Assembly (NCBI GenBank): GCA_963731735.1
Contig: CAVSWO010000002.1
Span: 628,257 to 692,256 of the forward strand
DNA length: 64,000 nucleotides
Source: Candidatus Kerfeldbacteria bacterium
GTDB lineage: Bacteria; Patescibacteriota; Patescibacteriia; SBBC01; CAIJZX01
Direction: 5' to 3'
Numbering within the stretch: the first letter of the stretch is position 1; each line of letters starts with the position of its first letter. The notes under the pieces were generated by a model, which saw only the letters and a program-made list of their open reading frames with translations, was not told the origin of the DNA and searched no databases. Position numbers and translations under genes: made by a program. Positions 36,900 through 50,841 of the stretch are shown here, in pieces.

Positions 36900-39173
36900 A
36901 TGGAAGTACCGATTCGCTGGCTCAAAGAATATATCCGGCCGCTGCCGAGCTTGACGAAACTCTCGGAGATCTTATTGATGCACGGCCTTGAAGTCGAGGC
37001 GGTGATTGATCGGAGCCGGGATTTTCAGCAAGTGGTGGTGGGCGAAGTAACCGGTGTCAAACCCCATCCGAACGCCGATCAACTTCGTTTGACCGAGGTG
37101 GTGGTGGCCGCCGGTCGCCCGGCAATTGAAATTGTCTGCGGCGCTCCAAACGTCGCGGTCGGACAAAAAGTGCCGGTGGCGCTCCTGGGTGCGGTGTTAC
37201 CCAACGGTCTAACTATCGCGAATCGCCGCATTCGCGGAATTGCTTCGAACGGCATGCTTTGCGCCGAGGATGAACTGGGACTCGGGAAACACCATGCCGG
37301 TATCTTGGTGCTGGATCCGGGTCTGCCGCCGGGCACACCCCTGGCCAAAGCCCTCGGACTTGACCAGCCGATCTTGGATATCGCGATCCCGGCCAACCGC
37401 AGCGACTTAATGAGCGTCCGCGGCCTGGCTTGGGAAATTGGCGCCATGCTCGGGAAGCCACCAAAATTTCCGAAGGTAAAATTTTCGGAATCCACGACCG
37501 CCATGACAGTCAAAGTCAACGTTACCGACGCCAAGCTGTGCCCGCTCTATACCGCCCGATCCATCCGCGGCCTGACGGTCGGTCCGTCACCGCTCTGGCT
37601 GCAATCGTGGCTATGGGCGGCCGGGATGCGGCCGATTAATGTGGTGGTGGATGTCACCAATTACGTGATGTTGAATTACGGCCAACCGCTGCATGCCTTT
37701 GATGCGGCCAAGGTCAGGCAGCAGACGATTACGGTGCGTCCGGCCGCGCCGGGAGAAACACTCGTGACCCTGGATGGTCAAGCGCGTCAGCTGGATCCGT
37801 CGATGCTGGTGATCGCCGATACCGGGGGACCAATCGCGCTGGCTGGGGTCAAAGGCGGTCTCGAGAGTGGCGTGACTGACCAGACGACGGAAATTATTTT
37901 GGAATCAGCCATTTTTGATCCGGTTTCGATTCGTAAAACTTCTCGCCATCTCGGCCTAGTCTCGGAAGCATCGAAACGCTACGAAAAAGGACTGTGGCCG
38001 GCCTTGGCGCTTGAGGCCAGTCGGGTGGCGGCCGCGCTGATCGCCGAACTGGGTGGCGGCGCGATTGACCGGGGGAGTCTGGAGGTTGGCGTTACCACGC
38101 GCGCGCCGCAGGTCGTTGCAATCGATCCGAAGTATATCGCCGAGCGATTGGGCATGTCGGTTTCGACCGCCAAGGCCAAAACAATCTTAACCAAGCTCGG
38201 CTTCACGATCAGTGGCCGACCGACGTGGCAGGTGACGGTTCCGGCCTGGCGGCTTGATGTATGCTTGCCCGAAGATATTGTGGATGAAGTTGGACGGATG
38301 CTGGGGTACGAAAGCATTCCAACCGCGCGATCGTCGGGTTCACCAACGGTCACCGAGATTCCGCCGGCCATTCGATTTGCCGAAGAGGTCAAGAATAGTT
38401 TAGTTGCGCTGGGTGGCACCGAGATTATTTCGCACGCTTTCTATAGCGCCGAAGCGGCGGCCGCCCAAACCGGCCGGCATTATCAGATTGCCAACCCGCT
38501 GGATAAGACACAGGGCATGTTGCGACGGAGTTTACTCCCGCAGATGCGGATGGTGTTGCAACGGGCGGCGGACGCCGGACAGGATGTCACAATTTTTGAA
38601 CTTGGACGAATCTTTGATCCGGAACTGCCGGGCGCAATTGACCGCAAGCAACCGTGGAAAATCGCGCTCGGCGCGACTCATAAAGGATCAGCCTCGGTGC
38701 TGACGCCGCTGGTGTCAAAACTCCAAGCCGTGCTCAAAGCCGATATTCCGGTTGCGATGAAGCAGGCGCCGGAGCGGGTACGCGGACGCCAGCTCGAATA
38801 CCTCGAGCTCGACTTGACTGCGCTCCAAACCACTTCAAGCGCGACCTTCGGTCCCTGGGACCCTGAACGGTACGCGCGTCCAGCCGGCGCCTATCGTGAG
38901 CCGTCAAAGTATCCCGCCATTACCCGCGATATTTCCTTCTGGTGGCCGGGTGACAAATCGTCGCTCCAGGCGCTGATTGATGACTTCCAGTCGAACCACA
39001 GCTTACTGTGGGAGACGGTCAGCAAAGACGAATTCATCAAGGATGACCGCACCAGCTATCTCATCTCATTTGTTTTCCAGTCCGCCGATCGAACCCTGAC
39101 CAAGGCCGAAGTTGATCAACTCGAAACTCAAATGAAAACCGCCTTAACCAAGCAGGGGGCGAGTATTCGATAA
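36900..39173 (+). CDS. pheT: phenylalanyl-tRNA synthetase beta subunit
   Basis: The tRNA-binding fold reads VVGEVTGVKPHPNADQLRLTEV. B3/4 and B5 regions and the C-terminal ferredoxin-fold anticodon-binding domain are present. Length is 757 aa. Confidence 0.85.
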   Translation: MEVPIRWLKEYIRPLPSLTKLSEILLMHGLEVEAVIDRSRDFQQVVVGEVTGVKPHPNADQLRLTEVVVAAGRPAIEIVCGAPNVAVGQKVPVALLGAVLPNGLTIANRRIRGIASNGMLCAEDELGLGKHHAGILVLDPGLPPGTPLAKALGLDQPILDIAIPANRSDLMSVRGLAWEIGAMLGKPPKFPKVKFSESTTAMTVKVNVTDAKLCPLYTARSIRGLTVGPSPLWLQSWLWAAGMRPINVVVDVTNYVMLNYGQPLHAFDAAKVRQQTITVRPAAPGETLVTLDGQARQLDPSMLVIADTGGPIALAGVKGGLESGVTDQTTEIILESAIFDPVSIRKTSRHLGLVSEASKRYEKGLWPALALEASRVAAALIAELGGGAIDRGSLEVGVTTRAPQVVAIDPKYIAERLGMSVSTAKAKTILTKLGFTISGRPTWQVTVPAWRLDVCLPEDIVDEVGRMLGYESIPTARSSGSPTVTEIPPAIRFAEEVKNSLVALGGTEIISHAFYSAEAAAAQTGRHYQIANPLDKTQGMLRRSLLPQMRMVLQRAADAGQDVTIFELGRIFDPELPGAIDRKQPWKIALGATHKGSASVLTPLVSKLQAVLKADIPVAMKQAPERVRGRQLEYLELDLTALQTTSSATFGPWDPERYARPAGAYREPSKYPAITRDISFWWPGDKSSLQALIDDFQSNHSLLWETVSKDEFIKDDRTSYLISFVFQSADRTLTKAEVDQLETQMKTALTKQGASIR

Positions 39174-39177
39174 CGCT

Positions 39178-39900
39178 ATGTCGACACATATTGAAATGGG
39201 GATTAATCCCGAAGACGAAGCAGCCGCGGCTTATTATCACCAGGAGTTGCATGACGAAAATCCCGAGGGGCGCGATACGGCGGTTGATGCCTGGTATCAT
39301 CGAAAAGATAAGTTGGCGGAGTATGATTTAGCGGAACTCCGGGCGGTCGATCAAGAATTGTCTGAGATGCCGGAAGTTCGAGAATATGGACATCAGCGAG
39401 TTCGCATAGAAAAAATTGAAAATATGTGTGAAGCGGCGCAAGACTATGTGCCTGAAGAAATGCTCAAAAAGTTCGCTCCGATGGAAACACTGTACGCAGA
39501 TTTGGTCAGTCAACTGCGCACCCAGATTGATCGCTATACCGAAACGCTTCGAAAATTTCACACCTCTGAAGTTTCACGATTTCACATGGATACCGATCGG
39601 TATCAGTCCGTAATGAAATCGGTCGACCGACAACGTCGCTCAGCGCATGAAGTCTTGCTTGATGATTTTCATGCACTTTCCCGATTTCTTACTCAACGAA
39701 TACCAAAAACCGGCGGGTCGGGATTTAATCAGTCCGGTTGGGAAGCCTATCTCAAACAAACGTGGTTTACGATTGATCAATTGAAGGATCGCGACTACCT
39801 GGCCGAGTGGTCAGTCAAGACCGATATCGTTGAAAAAGCCCGCACCTTGCAAGCGGCAATTTCCGCTAGGCTGGAAAAGAAAAGCGCGGAAACGGATTAA
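39178..39900 (+). CDS. hypothetical acidic protein (240 aa)
   Basis: ORF with coherent codon usage. No motif recognised. Confidence 0.45.
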   Translation: MSTHIEMGINPEDEAAAAYYHQELHDENPEGRDTAVDAWYHRKDKLAEYDLAELRAVDQELSEMPEVREYGHQRVRIEKIENMCEAAQDYVPEEMLKKFAPMETLYADLVSQLRTQIDRYTETLRKFHTSEVSRFHMDTDRYQSVMKSVDRQRRSAHEVLLDDFHALSRFLTQRIPKTGGSGFNQSGWEAYLKQTWFTIDQLKDRDYLAEWSVKTDIVEKARTLQAAISARLEKKSAETD

Positions 39901-40266
39901 CCGTTCCCGCGCGAGAGTACTGATCGGAGGATGCGACCGTAGAGCCGAAGTGCAACCACCAGCAGTTCCAATCGATTCATGGGCGCCGGACGGATAGCCG
40001 ATGGTAATTGCGGCAGCAGATGGAGCAAGTGATCCATGGATTGGCTAGCCACGGCTTGATCGACGGCCAGCTCGAAGTTGGTGGAGCGTTGACTCGGAAT
40101 AGCATCAGCCAGCAGGCAGGCGAGCGCCTCGACCTGACGGACTGTTGGATTGCGACGATGCGCCAGCCATTCGACCGTCGAAACGATTCGACCATCGACT
40201 GACCGGAAGAGTTCACCGGGTGGCAGATCGAATGGCGCGCCGCCGGGGTGCGAGTCATGGTGCATG
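39897..40266 (-). CDS. hypothetical protein (123 aa)
   Basis: An AGGAGG RBS lies 6 nt before the ATG at 40266. The track ORF was trimmed from 40334. It is convergent with, and overlaps, the preceding gene. Confidence 0.45.
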
Positions 40267-40410
40267 ACGCGCCTCCTTTCAGTAATGTGGGAATGAACGA
40301 GTGGGGCTGAAAAACAGCCCTCGGAACCTAGCAAAAACCGACCCGTTTGTCAACCCGTATAGTGTTTGCGTTGGTCCGAGTTTTTTGCTATCCTTAGCGT
40401 AAAGCAGTAA

Positions 40411-43463
<3,053 letters not shown>

Positions 43464-43537
43464 ACGTCCAAGCTTTCACCCTGATTATTACCCGAGCCTC
43501 CTCGAGGCGTCGGTAGGCTTGTACGTTTTGCAGCCAC

Positions 43538-43563
43538 CGTCCCTCGGGGACGGTCGTTTTTTG
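43538..43563 (+). terminator. terminator-like hairpin with no upstream ORF
   Basis: The hairpin CCGTCCC-tcgg-GGGACGG is followed by TCGTTTTTTG on the plus strand. Confidence 0.4.
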
Positions 43564-43590
43564 TTCATTTCCAAACTTCAGGAGGTTGAC

Positions 43591-43743
43591 ATGCGCGGTT
43601 CGTCATTTGTCTCTCGACCGGTACCCAGCCTGCCCGCCACGCAGCCCGTTCAGCCGTTTACCAATGCCGATGAAACCGGGGATTTTCCCCAGCCGGACCG
43701 GCCGGACCAGGACGCGGCAACGGATACCAAGGACAGGTCGTAA
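43591..43743 (+). CDS. putative small proline-rich/acidic protein (50 aa)
   Basis: An AGGAGG RBS lies 6 nt before the ATG. The region is very GC-rich. No motif recognised. Confidence 0.35.
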   Translation: MRGSSFVSRPVPSLPATQPVQPFTNADETGDFPQPDRPDQDAATDTKDRS

Positions 43744-43789
43744 GCTCGTCCGACCGGGTTCCCACGGTCTCTCCATGGAGGATACGACC

Positions 43790-43981
43790 ATGGCCACCAC
43801 CCACCAAGCACCCGAAATCGTGCAATGGCACCATCACGTGGTTCCGGACCAGCGGTTCTGCAATCAGGACACTCCGGACCGAGAGGATCCAATCTATGGG
43901 TATACCTGTCTCGACTGCGGCGCCTTCGCGCCCACCAAGGGAGAACTCCTCCGTGACCATCCCCACTGTGGCCGGTCCTGA
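43790..43981 (+). CDS. putative small zinc-ribbon protein (63 aa)
   Basis: A GGAGGA RBS lies 7 nt before the ATG. The Cys/His pattern is FCNQD...CLDCG...HPHCG. Confidence 0.4.
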   Translation: MATTHQAPEIVQWHHHVVPDQRFCNQDTPDREDPIYGYTCLDCGAFAPTKGELLRDHPHCGRS

Positions 43982-44163
43982 ACCCCAGGTCGTCAACGGC
44001 CACGTGCTCGAGACGACGCTCATCCGCGGTGATGGACTCGGCCGCCAGGTGCAGGCTCTGCGTTGTCGGGGTTGTGGCCAACTGGCTACCAACCCGAAGA
44101 TCTTCGATCAGCCCCGGGCGCCATGCAATCCGCCGGCGCGCGACCTCCCGAGCCTCTAGACCC

Positions 44164-44192
44164 AGCCACCCCTCTCCCGGGTGGCTTTTTTC
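44164..44192 (+). terminator. intrinsic terminator
   Basis: The hairpin AGCCACCC-ctctccc-GGGTGGCT is followed by TTTTTTCAT. Confidence 0.65.
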
Positions 44193-44207
44193 ATCCCCAG
44201 TCACGTA

Positions 44208-44236
44208 TTGACAGCGCCATACGCCGGGTGTAGAGT
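44208..44236 (+). promoter_or_regulatory. sigma70-like promoter (TTGACA-17-TAGAGT) for secE-nusG-rplK
   Basis: Hexamers read directly from the sequence. Confidence 0.5.
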
Positions 44237-44290
44237 AGGTGAGTCGCCCCTCCCAGGGGCACGTTCGGGTACGATATTCTCACTTTTTCC

Positions 44291-44479
44291 ATGGCTTTTC
44301 GCCTTACGACGTACTTCAAAGAGGCACGGGAAGAACTCCGCAAGGTCGTTTGGCCAACGCGGCTGGAAACCCGAAACAACACCCTGATGGTGATTGGGAT
44401 TAGTATTTTCGTGATGACCTTTTTGGGACTGATCGATTTGGGCCTGAACTACCTGCTCGAACAATTCTTCATTCGCTAG
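44291..44479 (+). CDS. secE: preprotein translocase subunit SecE
   Basis: A 62-aa single-TM protein immediately upstream of nusG. The sequence KVVWPTRLET is the SecE motif. Confidence 0.8.
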   Translation: MAFRLTTYFKEAREELRKVVWPTRLETRNNTLMVIGISIFVMTFLGLIDLGLNYLLEQFFIR

Positions 44480-44486
44480 CCGACCT

Positions 44487-45032
44487 ATGCCGAAGCAAAC
44501 ACTTCAACAGGGCAAACGATGGTATGTCCTGCACACCTACTCCGGATACGAAGAAAACGTGGCCCGGAACCTCCGTCAACGTATTGAATCGATGGACATG
44601 GAGGACAAAATTTATAATGTGCTGATTCCGACGGAAAATCGGATTAAGATTAAGAATGGCAAACGCAAAATCGTCACCGAGAAAATTTTCCCTGGGTATG
44701 TGTTGGTCGAGATGGTGGTCACGGATGATTCCTGGTACGTAGTCCGCAACACGCCGAACGTGACCGGGTTCGTTGGCTCCGGAACCACGCCAACGCCGAT
44801 TGCTGAAACTGAAGTCAAGGCGTTGATGGAACGAATGGGCGTGGCCGAACCGAAATACAAGATCGATGTCGAAGCGGGTTCGGCAGTCCGGATTACCGAC
44901 GGCCCATTCAAAGAATTCGAAGGCAAAGTTTCCGAAGTCGACGAAGGCCGCGGCAAAGTCAAAGTCTTGGTCTCGATGTTCGGACGCGAAACACCGGTGG
45001 AACTCGACTTTTTGCAGATTAAGAAGGTCTAA
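44487..45032 (+). CDS. nusG: transcription termination/antitermination factor NusG
   Basis: The NGN domain reads [11 protein letters not shown]. The KOW domain reads [29 protein letters not shown]. Confidence 0.9.
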   Translation: MPKQTLQQGKRWYVLHTYSGYEENVARNLRQRIESMDMEDKIYNVLIPTENRIKIKNGKRKIVTEKIFPGYVLVEMVVTDDSWYVVRNTPNVTGFVGSGTTPTPIAETEVKALMERMGVAEPKYKIDVEAGSAVRITDGPFKEFEGKVSEVDEGRGKVKVLVSMFGRETPVELDFLQIKKV

Positions 45033-45043
45033 GGAATATTGCT

Positions 45044-45466
45044 ATGGCTAAGAAAATCAAGACAGTTATCAAACTCCAGATCCCGGGCGGCAAGGCCACC
45101 CCGGCTCCGCCGGTTGGAACGGCTTTAGGGCCGCACGGGCTGAACATCGCTGAATTTGTGAAGAAGTTCAACGATCAAACCGCCGACCGGAATGGCGAAA
45201 TTACGCCGGTCGAAATGACGATTTTCGAAGACCGGACGTATTCGTTCGTTTTGAAAACCGCGCCGGCGTCCGAGCTGCTCAAAAAAGCCGCCAACATTCA
45301 AAAAGGCAGCGGCGATCCGCTCCGGACCAAAATCGGCAAAGTCACCAAAGCCCAGATTAAAGAAATTGCCGAGAAGAAAATGCCGGACCTGAATGCCAAA
45401 GACTTGGATGGCGCGATGCGGATTATTGAAGGGACGGCTCGACAAATGGGCCTAACGGTAGAATAA
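45044..45466 (+). CDS. rplK: 50S ribosomal protein L11
   Basis: The sequence [26 protein letters not shown] is highly conserved in L11. Confidence 0.9.
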   Translation: MAKKIKTVIKLQIPGGKATPAPPVGTALGPHGLNIAEFVKKFNDQTADRNGEITPVEMTIFEDRTYSFVLKTAPASELLKKAANIQKGSGDPLRTKIGKVTKAQIKEIAEKKMPDLNAKDLDGAMRIIEGTARQMGLTVE

Positions 45467-45473
45467 TACCTGT

Positions 45474-46424
45474 ATGGGCGCAATTTTAGGAATTCTCGGT
45501 GCCTTCTCGGGCGTCGGATTAGTCGTCTTACTGATCGTGGCAGTTCTGCAACAGACCAAGCAGGGCGGTAGCTTCAAGCAGGCCTTCTATACGTTCATGT
45601 CGTTTATCATGCTGGCTACCCTGGTCGGATCGAGTTTAGCGATCCTGTCAGCCACCGCCAAGCAATTTGTCTTTACGGATGCCAGCAGCAAGGTCGCCCG
45701 CCTAAGTCCGCCACCGGCGCTTTATTTGCCGAACGCGCCGGCCGACAAAAATTCAGGCGTGCCGCAAACCTATACCTGTCCGGATAGCTGCCAATTTAGC
45801 GCCGAGGACAAAGCCCAAATCACGACCTGGGAAACTGCCTATCAGGACTGGCGGTCCACCGGTCTGGATTCAGGCGCTCAATTTCGGAGCGATCTGGTGA
45901 CGCCGTTAGCCTTCTTGATCGTTTCGTTACCGCTGTATCTGCTGTTTCTCCGGGTGATGGAGCGCGGTGCCAAGCAAGAGCTAGACCAATTGAAAAAACC
46001 CACCTCCTTACGATCGCTGTATATGTACTTGGTCGCGATCAGCGGTTTGTTGCTGGCCATTTTTAGCTCGGGCTGGCTGTTGAATACCGGATTACGAAGT
46101 TGGTTAAAAGCTGATACCAGCACGACCAACGTCCAAACCGCCAAATTACCGACGCCCGAAACGACGGCGGTCGCCAGCTTGATCAGCTGCGCCGACCAAT
46201 GCGGATTTACCGCCAACCAAGTCCAGTTGGCCACGCAATGGGAATCCGATTACCAGACCTGGCAGTCGGATCAAATGGCGCCAGGTTCCCAGGCCCAAGA
46301 CGATTTCGCCAATCAACTGCCGGCTTTGCTGATCGGCTTTCCGCTGTTCTGGTTCCACTTCGCGCGGATCCGCAAAGAATCTTCTGATCACGAAAACCAA
46401 ACACCGAGTCCTGCAACTTCATAA
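45474..46424 (+). CDS. polytopic membrane protein with an internal two-fold repeat, inserted between rplK and rplA
   Basis: Two similar modules are present: QTYTCPDSCQFSAEDKAQITTWETAYQDWRS...LYLLFLRVM, and SLISCADQCGFTANQVQLATQWESDYQTWQS...LFWFHFARI. Confidence 0.55.
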   Translation: MGAILGILGAFSGVGLVVLLIVAVLQQTKQGGSFKQAFYTFMSFIMLATLVGSSLAILSATAKQFVFTDASSKVARLSPPPALYLPNAPADKNSGVPQTYTCPDSCQFSAEDKAQITTWETAYQDWRSTGLDSGAQFRSDLVTPLAFLIVSLPLYLLFLRVMERGAKQELDQLKKPTSLRSLYMYLVAISGLLLAIFSSGWLLNTGLRSWLKADTSTTNVQTAKLPTPETTAVASLISCADQCGFTANQVQLATQWESDYQTWQSDQMAPGSQAQDDFANQLPALLIGFPLFWFHFARIRKESSDHENQTPSPATS

Positions 46425-46483
46425 ATTTACCTGGTGGGACCCTGGATGCAGGCCGGGGGTTTGAACCACGAAAGGAACACTCT

Positions 46484-47170
46484 ATGCGAAGCAAACGCTA
46501 CCGCGCCGCGCTCGAGAAAATCGATCCGGCCAAACAGTACACCCTGGATGATGCCATCCAGGCCGTGCAATCGACGGCTACCACCAAAGTCCCGGGCAGC
46601 CTTGAAGTCCATATCCGATTAGGGATTGACGCCAGCAAGGCCGACCAAGTTGTCCGCGGGACGCTCACCCCGCCGCACGCCACCGGCAAGCAAGTCCGGA
46701 TCGCGGTTTTTGCCAAAGGTTCGGCCGCTGAAGCAGCCAAGCAAGCCGGCGCCGATATCGTGGGTGAAGCCGACTTAATCGCCGAGATTAAGAAGACCGA
46801 GAAAACCAATTTTGATTTGGCGATTGCCACGCCCGAGATGATGAAAACACTGGCCCCAATCGCCAAAATTCTCGGCACCCGCGGCCTGATGCCGAATCCC
46901 AAGAATGAAACCGTCACGCCGGACCCAGCCAAGGCGGTTGAAGCCTGGCGCAAAGGCAAACTCGCTTTTCGAAGCGATGCCAGCGGCAATCTTCACGCGG
47001 CGGTTGGAAAAGTCACCCTGCCAGCGGCTGATCTGAAAGCCAACCTGCAAGCCTTCCTGGAAGCCGTGAAAAAAGCCAAGCCGGCTGAAGTCAAAGGCAC
47101 CTATATCCAAGCCGTCACGCTTGCCAGTTCGATGGGCCCGGGAATCAAAGTCGATCAGACTTCCCTCTAA
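46484..47170 (+). CDS. rplA: 50S ribosomal protein L1
   Basis: The sequence VHIRLGIDASKADQVVRGT...GLMPNPK is the L1 signature. Confidence 0.9.
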   Translation: MRSKRYRAALEKIDPAKQYTLDDAIQAVQSTATTKVPGSLEVHIRLGIDASKADQVVRGTLTPPHATGKQVRIAVFAKGSAAEAAKQAGADIVGEADLIAEIKKTEKTNFDLAIATPEMMKTLAPIAKILGTRGLMPNPKNETVTPDPAKAVEAWRKGKLAFRSDASGNLHAAVGKVTLPAADLKANLQAFLEAVKKAKPAEVKGTYIQAVTLASSMGPGIKVDQTSL

Positions 47171-47186
47171 CCGTCTGCACGTGACC

Positions 47187-47225
47187 GCCCCGCCGCTGGC
47201 CAGCGACGGGGCGGCTTTGACTTTT
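47187..47225 (+). terminator. intrinsic terminator after rplA
   Basis: The hairpin GCCCCGCCGCTGG/CCAGCGACGGGGC has one mismatch and is followed by TTTGACTTTT. Confidence 0.55.
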
Positions 47226-47253
47226 ACTGCTTGGCCAGGTACCGTATGAACAC

Positions 47254-47868
47254 ATGGCGCGCGGGAAGTACATCATTATTTCGGGAGGCGAAGGCAGCGG
47301 AAAATCGACGATCGTCAACCGTGTAGGTGAACGGTTTGCCAGTGTGTTAACCACCCGCGAACCGGGTGCGACGGCGTTTGGTCAGGCCGTGCGCGATCTT
47401 GTCTTGCGAGCTGACATGCGGTTAACGCCCTGGACCGAGTATTATTTGTTTATGTCCGATCGGGCGAATCATCTGGAAACGCTGGTCCGACCGGGCTTAG
47501 AATCTGGCCGGCATATAATTTCGGATCGGGGATTTCCCGAAACCTTTGCCTATCAACTCTATACCCGTCTGCATATTGAAGACCCAAGTGCATACATCCA
47601 AGAACTCCAGGCGCGGGGCTGGCCCTGGCCGGATCTTTGGATTTTGCTCGATGTGGACCCGGCCATCGGGCTCCAACGTCGTCGCTTGACCGGCCAAGAG
47701 AATGTCATCGACCAACGGGACCTCGATTATCATCAGCGGGTACGCGAAGGATTCCACCGATTTGCCAAGCACACCACCTTCCCGGTCAACGTGGTTGACG
47801 CCAGTCGGCCGTTGGATACGGTCTTGGAAGACGTGGCCGCCCGAATTCAAAACACCCTGCAGCCATGA
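47254..47868 (+). CDS. tmk: thymidylate kinase
   Basis: The P-loop reads [13 protein letters not shown], and the DRY-like motif region is present. Genomic context is tmk-thyA-folA. Confidence 0.8.
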   Translation: MARGKYIIISGGEGSGKSTIVNRVGERFASVLTTREPGATAFGQAVRDLVLRADMRLTPWTEYYLFMSDRANHLETLVRPGLESGRHIISDRGFPETFAYQLYTRLHIEDPSAYIQELQARGWPWPDLWILLDVDPAIGLQRRRLTGQENVIDQRDLDYHQRVREGFHRFAKHTTFPVNVVDASRPLDTVLEDVAARIQNTLQP

Positions 47869-48788
47869 AGCAGTATCTCAATCAGCTCCGCGAAATTTTA
47901 GACCATGGTGAACGGCGGGCTGACCGAACCGGCTTCGGGACGATTTCAATTTTTGGTATGCAGACGCGGTATGATTTGCGCCAGGGATTCCCGTTAGTAA
48001 CCACCAAAAAAGTCAGTTTTAAAAACGTGATGGTTGAGCTGCTGTGGTTTTTGCGCGGTGATACGAACATTCAGTATTTAGTCCAACACGATGTCAAAAT
48101 CTGGAATGAATGGGCCTATCAGGGATACCTGGAGGATCAGCAGTTGACCGAAAAATTGCCGCGTTATTCGGATGCCTGGAAGGCGCATATGAAAGAATTT
48201 GTGGAACGCGTCAAAACCGATAACGCCTTTGCCAAAAAATACGGGGAGCTCGGCCCAATTTACGGGAAACAGTGGCGCCGATGGTTAGCGGCCAACGGGC
48301 AAGAAATCGACCAAATTGCCGGGGTGATTGCTTTGATCAAACGCGACCCGACTTCCCGTCGGATTATTGTCAGCGGCTGGAACGTGGGCGAAATTCAGGA
48401 GCTCATCAAGAGTCATCATCGCGCGCCCCCATCCTGCCACACGATATTTCAGTTTTATGTTTCGGGCGAGTGGTTAGATCTCCAGCTCTACCAGCGCAGC
48501 GCCGATATGGCCCTGGGCGTACCGTATAATCTGGCCAGCTACGCGGCTTTGCTCTCGATTATCGCCCAAGCGTGCGGATACAAGCCGCGGTACTTCATCC
48601 ATAGCTTTGGCGACGCCCACATCTACCTAAATCATGTCGACGGCATTCGAGAGCAATTAACACGAACTCCCAAGTCTTTGCCAACTCTCACGATCGCCCG
48701 GAAACCTATCGACGATCTCCGGTTCGAAGATTTTACGCTGGAGGGGTATGATCCATACCCAGCTATAAAATTTCAAATTGCTGTATGA
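47865..48788 (+). CDS. thyA: thymidylate synthase ThyA
   Basis: The active-site region reads [14 protein letters not shown]. The sequence [18 protein letters not shown] is present. Length is 307 aa. Confidence 0.9.
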   Translation: MKQYLNQLREILDHGERRADRTGFGTISIFGMQTRYDLRQGFPLVTTKKVSFKNVMVELLWFLRGDTNIQYLVQHDVKIWNEWAYQGYLEDQQLTEKLPRYSDAWKAHMKEFVERVKTDNAFAKKYGELGPIYGKQWRRWLAANGQEIDQIAGVIALIKRDPTSRRIIVSGWNVGEIQELIKSHHRAPPSCHTIFQFYVSGEWLDLQLYQRSADMALGVPYNLASYAALLSIIAQACGYKPRYFIHSFGDAHIYLNHVDGIREQLTRTPKSLPTLTIARKPIDDLRFEDFTLEGYDPYPAIKFQIAV

Positions 48789-49309
48789 AGAAGTTCACGG
48801 TGATTGCCGCGATTGACCAGCGCCGAGGACTTGGAAAGGACGGAAAAATTCCCTGGCGTCTCCCCGGCGAGATGGCGCATTTTCGCCAGCTGACCACCCA
48901 GGCCGCACCAGGAAAATACAACGCCGTGATTATGGGCAACGCGACCTGGTTTTCCTTGCCGCCGAAGTTTAAGCCGTTACCTGATCGCCTCAATATTGTA
49001 CTCAGCCGAAACCCAATCGAAGTGCCGGCGGGTGTGCGGGTGACGCATAGTCTGGACGAAGCCCGACAGGTGGCGGAAGCCGATCCCCAGGTTGAACGCG
49101 TATTTATCATCGGCGGCGGTTCGGTTTATGCGCAAACGATTAATCATCCGGACTGCCAGGAAATTCTTTTAACCGAAATTGATGCAGACTTCGATTGTGA
49201 CACGTTTTTTCCCCCCATCCCGGGGCAATACACGGTATCGGATCAGTCGAACCCGGTCTTGGAGAGTGGCGTAACCTACCGTTTTCTAACCTACGTACGG
49301 TCAACGTGA
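48785..49309 (+). CDS. folA: dihydrofolate reductase
   Basis: The sequences [27 protein letters not shown] and [12 protein letters not shown] are present. The start overlaps thyA. Confidence 0.8.
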   Translation: MKKFTVIAAIDQRRGLGKDGKIPWRLPGEMAHFRQLTTQAAPGKYNAVIMGNATWFSLPPKFKPLPDRLNIVLSRNPIEVPAGVRVTHSLDEARQVAEADPQVERVFIIGGGSVYAQTINHPDCQEILLTEIDADFDCDTFFPPIPGQYTVSDQSNPVLESGVTYRFLTYVRST

Positions 49310-49350
49310 GACTTTTTTTCTGCTGGAATTTCTGCTAGGATAGGCTAGCT

Positions 49351-50841
49351 ATGAAGGAACTGGAAGCGATTATCGGACTCGAGGTCCACGTCCAACTCAA
49401 GACCAAATCCAAGATGTTTTGTCGCTGCGACAATCGGGATGACCAGCCGCCGAATTCGGCTATTTGCCCGATTTGCTCCGGCCAGCCCGGGGCGCTCCCG
49501 TTACCGAATCAGCAGGCGATCGATTGGGCAATGATGGCGTCGTTAGCGTTGGGCTGCCAAATTAACCAGGAGTCAAAATTCGACCGCAAAAATTATTTTT
49601 ATCCGGACTTGCCGAAGGGTTACCAAATTAGCCAATTCGATCAGCCGTTTGGATTCGCCGGCCAAGTCCAGGTGCCGGTCGCGGGCCAAGCAAAAAAATT
49701 TCGGATTCACCGTCTGCATCTTGAGGAGGATGCGGGCAAGTTACTGCACCAGGGTGAAACCACGCTGGTGGATTTGAACCGGGCCGGAACACCGCTGATG
49801 GAAATTGTCAGCGAACCGGATTTTCGAAATGCGCAAGAAGCAAAATCGTACGTGCAGGAATTGCGATTGGTGATGCGCTACCTCGGAGTCTCCGAGGCGG
49901 ATATGGAAAAAGGGCATTTGCGGTGTGACGCCAATGTATCGCTGCGGCCGATTGGCGAGCAGCAGCTGTATCCGAAAACCGAAGTCAAAAACCTCAACTC
50001 ATTTAAGGCGATTGAGCGGGCTTTGGACTATGAAATCAAACGCCAACGCGGGTTGTGGGAAGACGGTACGCCGCCGGAAAAATCCGCCACGCGCGGTTGG
50101 GACGAAGATCAGGGAAAAACCCTGCCGCAGCGAACAAAAGAAGAAGCCTCTGATTATCGGTATTTCCCGGAACCAGATATCCCGCCGATCGTTACGACCA
50201 ATGCCCAACTGGAAGCGCTCCGGTCGGCCATGCCTGAATTGCCTGCCGCCCGGCGTGACCGATACCAGACGATGTACGCGCTCAAACCCGAGGACGCCAC
50301 CGCGCTGGTGGCCAACAAGCAACTCGCCGATTACTTCGAAGCGGTGGTCAGCGAATTTCGAGCCTACGCCGAGGCCGAGCTCACGATTTCTCCTGAACAA
50401 GCCAGTGCCCACTGGGAAACCGAAAAGGGTAAACATACCAAACTGATTGCCAATTGGCTGATCAATCGGATTTCCGGCGAACAACTGGCGGAGCACGGGC
50501 TAACGGTCAGCGCCAAAGATCTAGCCCGGCTGCTCTGGATGTTGCACGCGGGACTGATAAATACTTCGGCCGCCGCCCAGGTCTATGAACACATGCTGGC
50601 GACCAAAAAAGGTCCGCACGAGCTTGTCAAAGAACTTGGCTTGGAGCAGGTGAGTGATACCGGTCAACTCGAGAACATCGTGGCCGAAATTCTCGCCCAG
50701 CACCAATCGGTGGTGGATGAAGTGAAGTCCGGCAAACCAGCCGCCGCCCAATTCCTGGTCGGACAGGTGATGCAGGCCACCAAGGGCAAAGCCAATCCGA
50801 AAGTCGTTCAGGATCTGCTCCACAAACAATTAGGCATCTAG
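49351..50841 (+). CDS. gatB: Asp/Glu-tRNA(Asn/Gln) amidotransferase subunit B
   Basis: The sequences IGLEVHVQLKTKSKMFC and CDANVSL are present, with a C-terminal YqeY-like domain. Length is 496 aa. Confidence 0.9.
   Translation: MKELEAIIGLEVHVQLKTKSKMFCRCDNRDDQPPNSAICPICSGQPGALPLPNQQAIDWAMMASLALGCQINQESKFDRKNYFYPDLPKGYQISQFDQPFGFAGQVQVPVAGQAKKFRIHRLHLEEDAGKLLHQGETTLVDLNRAGTPLMEIVSEPDFRNAQEAKSYVQELRLVMRYLGVSEADMEKGHLRCDANVSLRPIGEQQLYPKTEVKNLNSFKAIERALDYEIKRQRGLWEDGTPPEKSATRGWDEDQGKTLPQRTKEEASDYRYFPEPDIPPIVTTNAQLEALRSAMPELPAARRDRYQTMYALKPEDATALVANKQLADYFEAVVSEFRAYAEAELTISPEQASAHWETEKGKHTKLIANWLINRISGEQLAEHGLTVSAKDLARLLWMLHAGLINTSAAAQVYEHMLATKKGPHELVKELGLEQVSDTGQLENIVAEILAQHQSVVDEVKSGKPAAAQFLVGQVMQATKGKANPKVVQDLLHKQLGI

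Noticed and set aside
43896-44159. 87-aa ORF overlapping the 63-aa zinc-ribbon ORF
   Set aside because: It overlaps the better-supported 43790..43981 ORF out of frame. It may hide a short GTG-initiated CxxC peptide (~44003..44159), but the evidence is too weak to call it.
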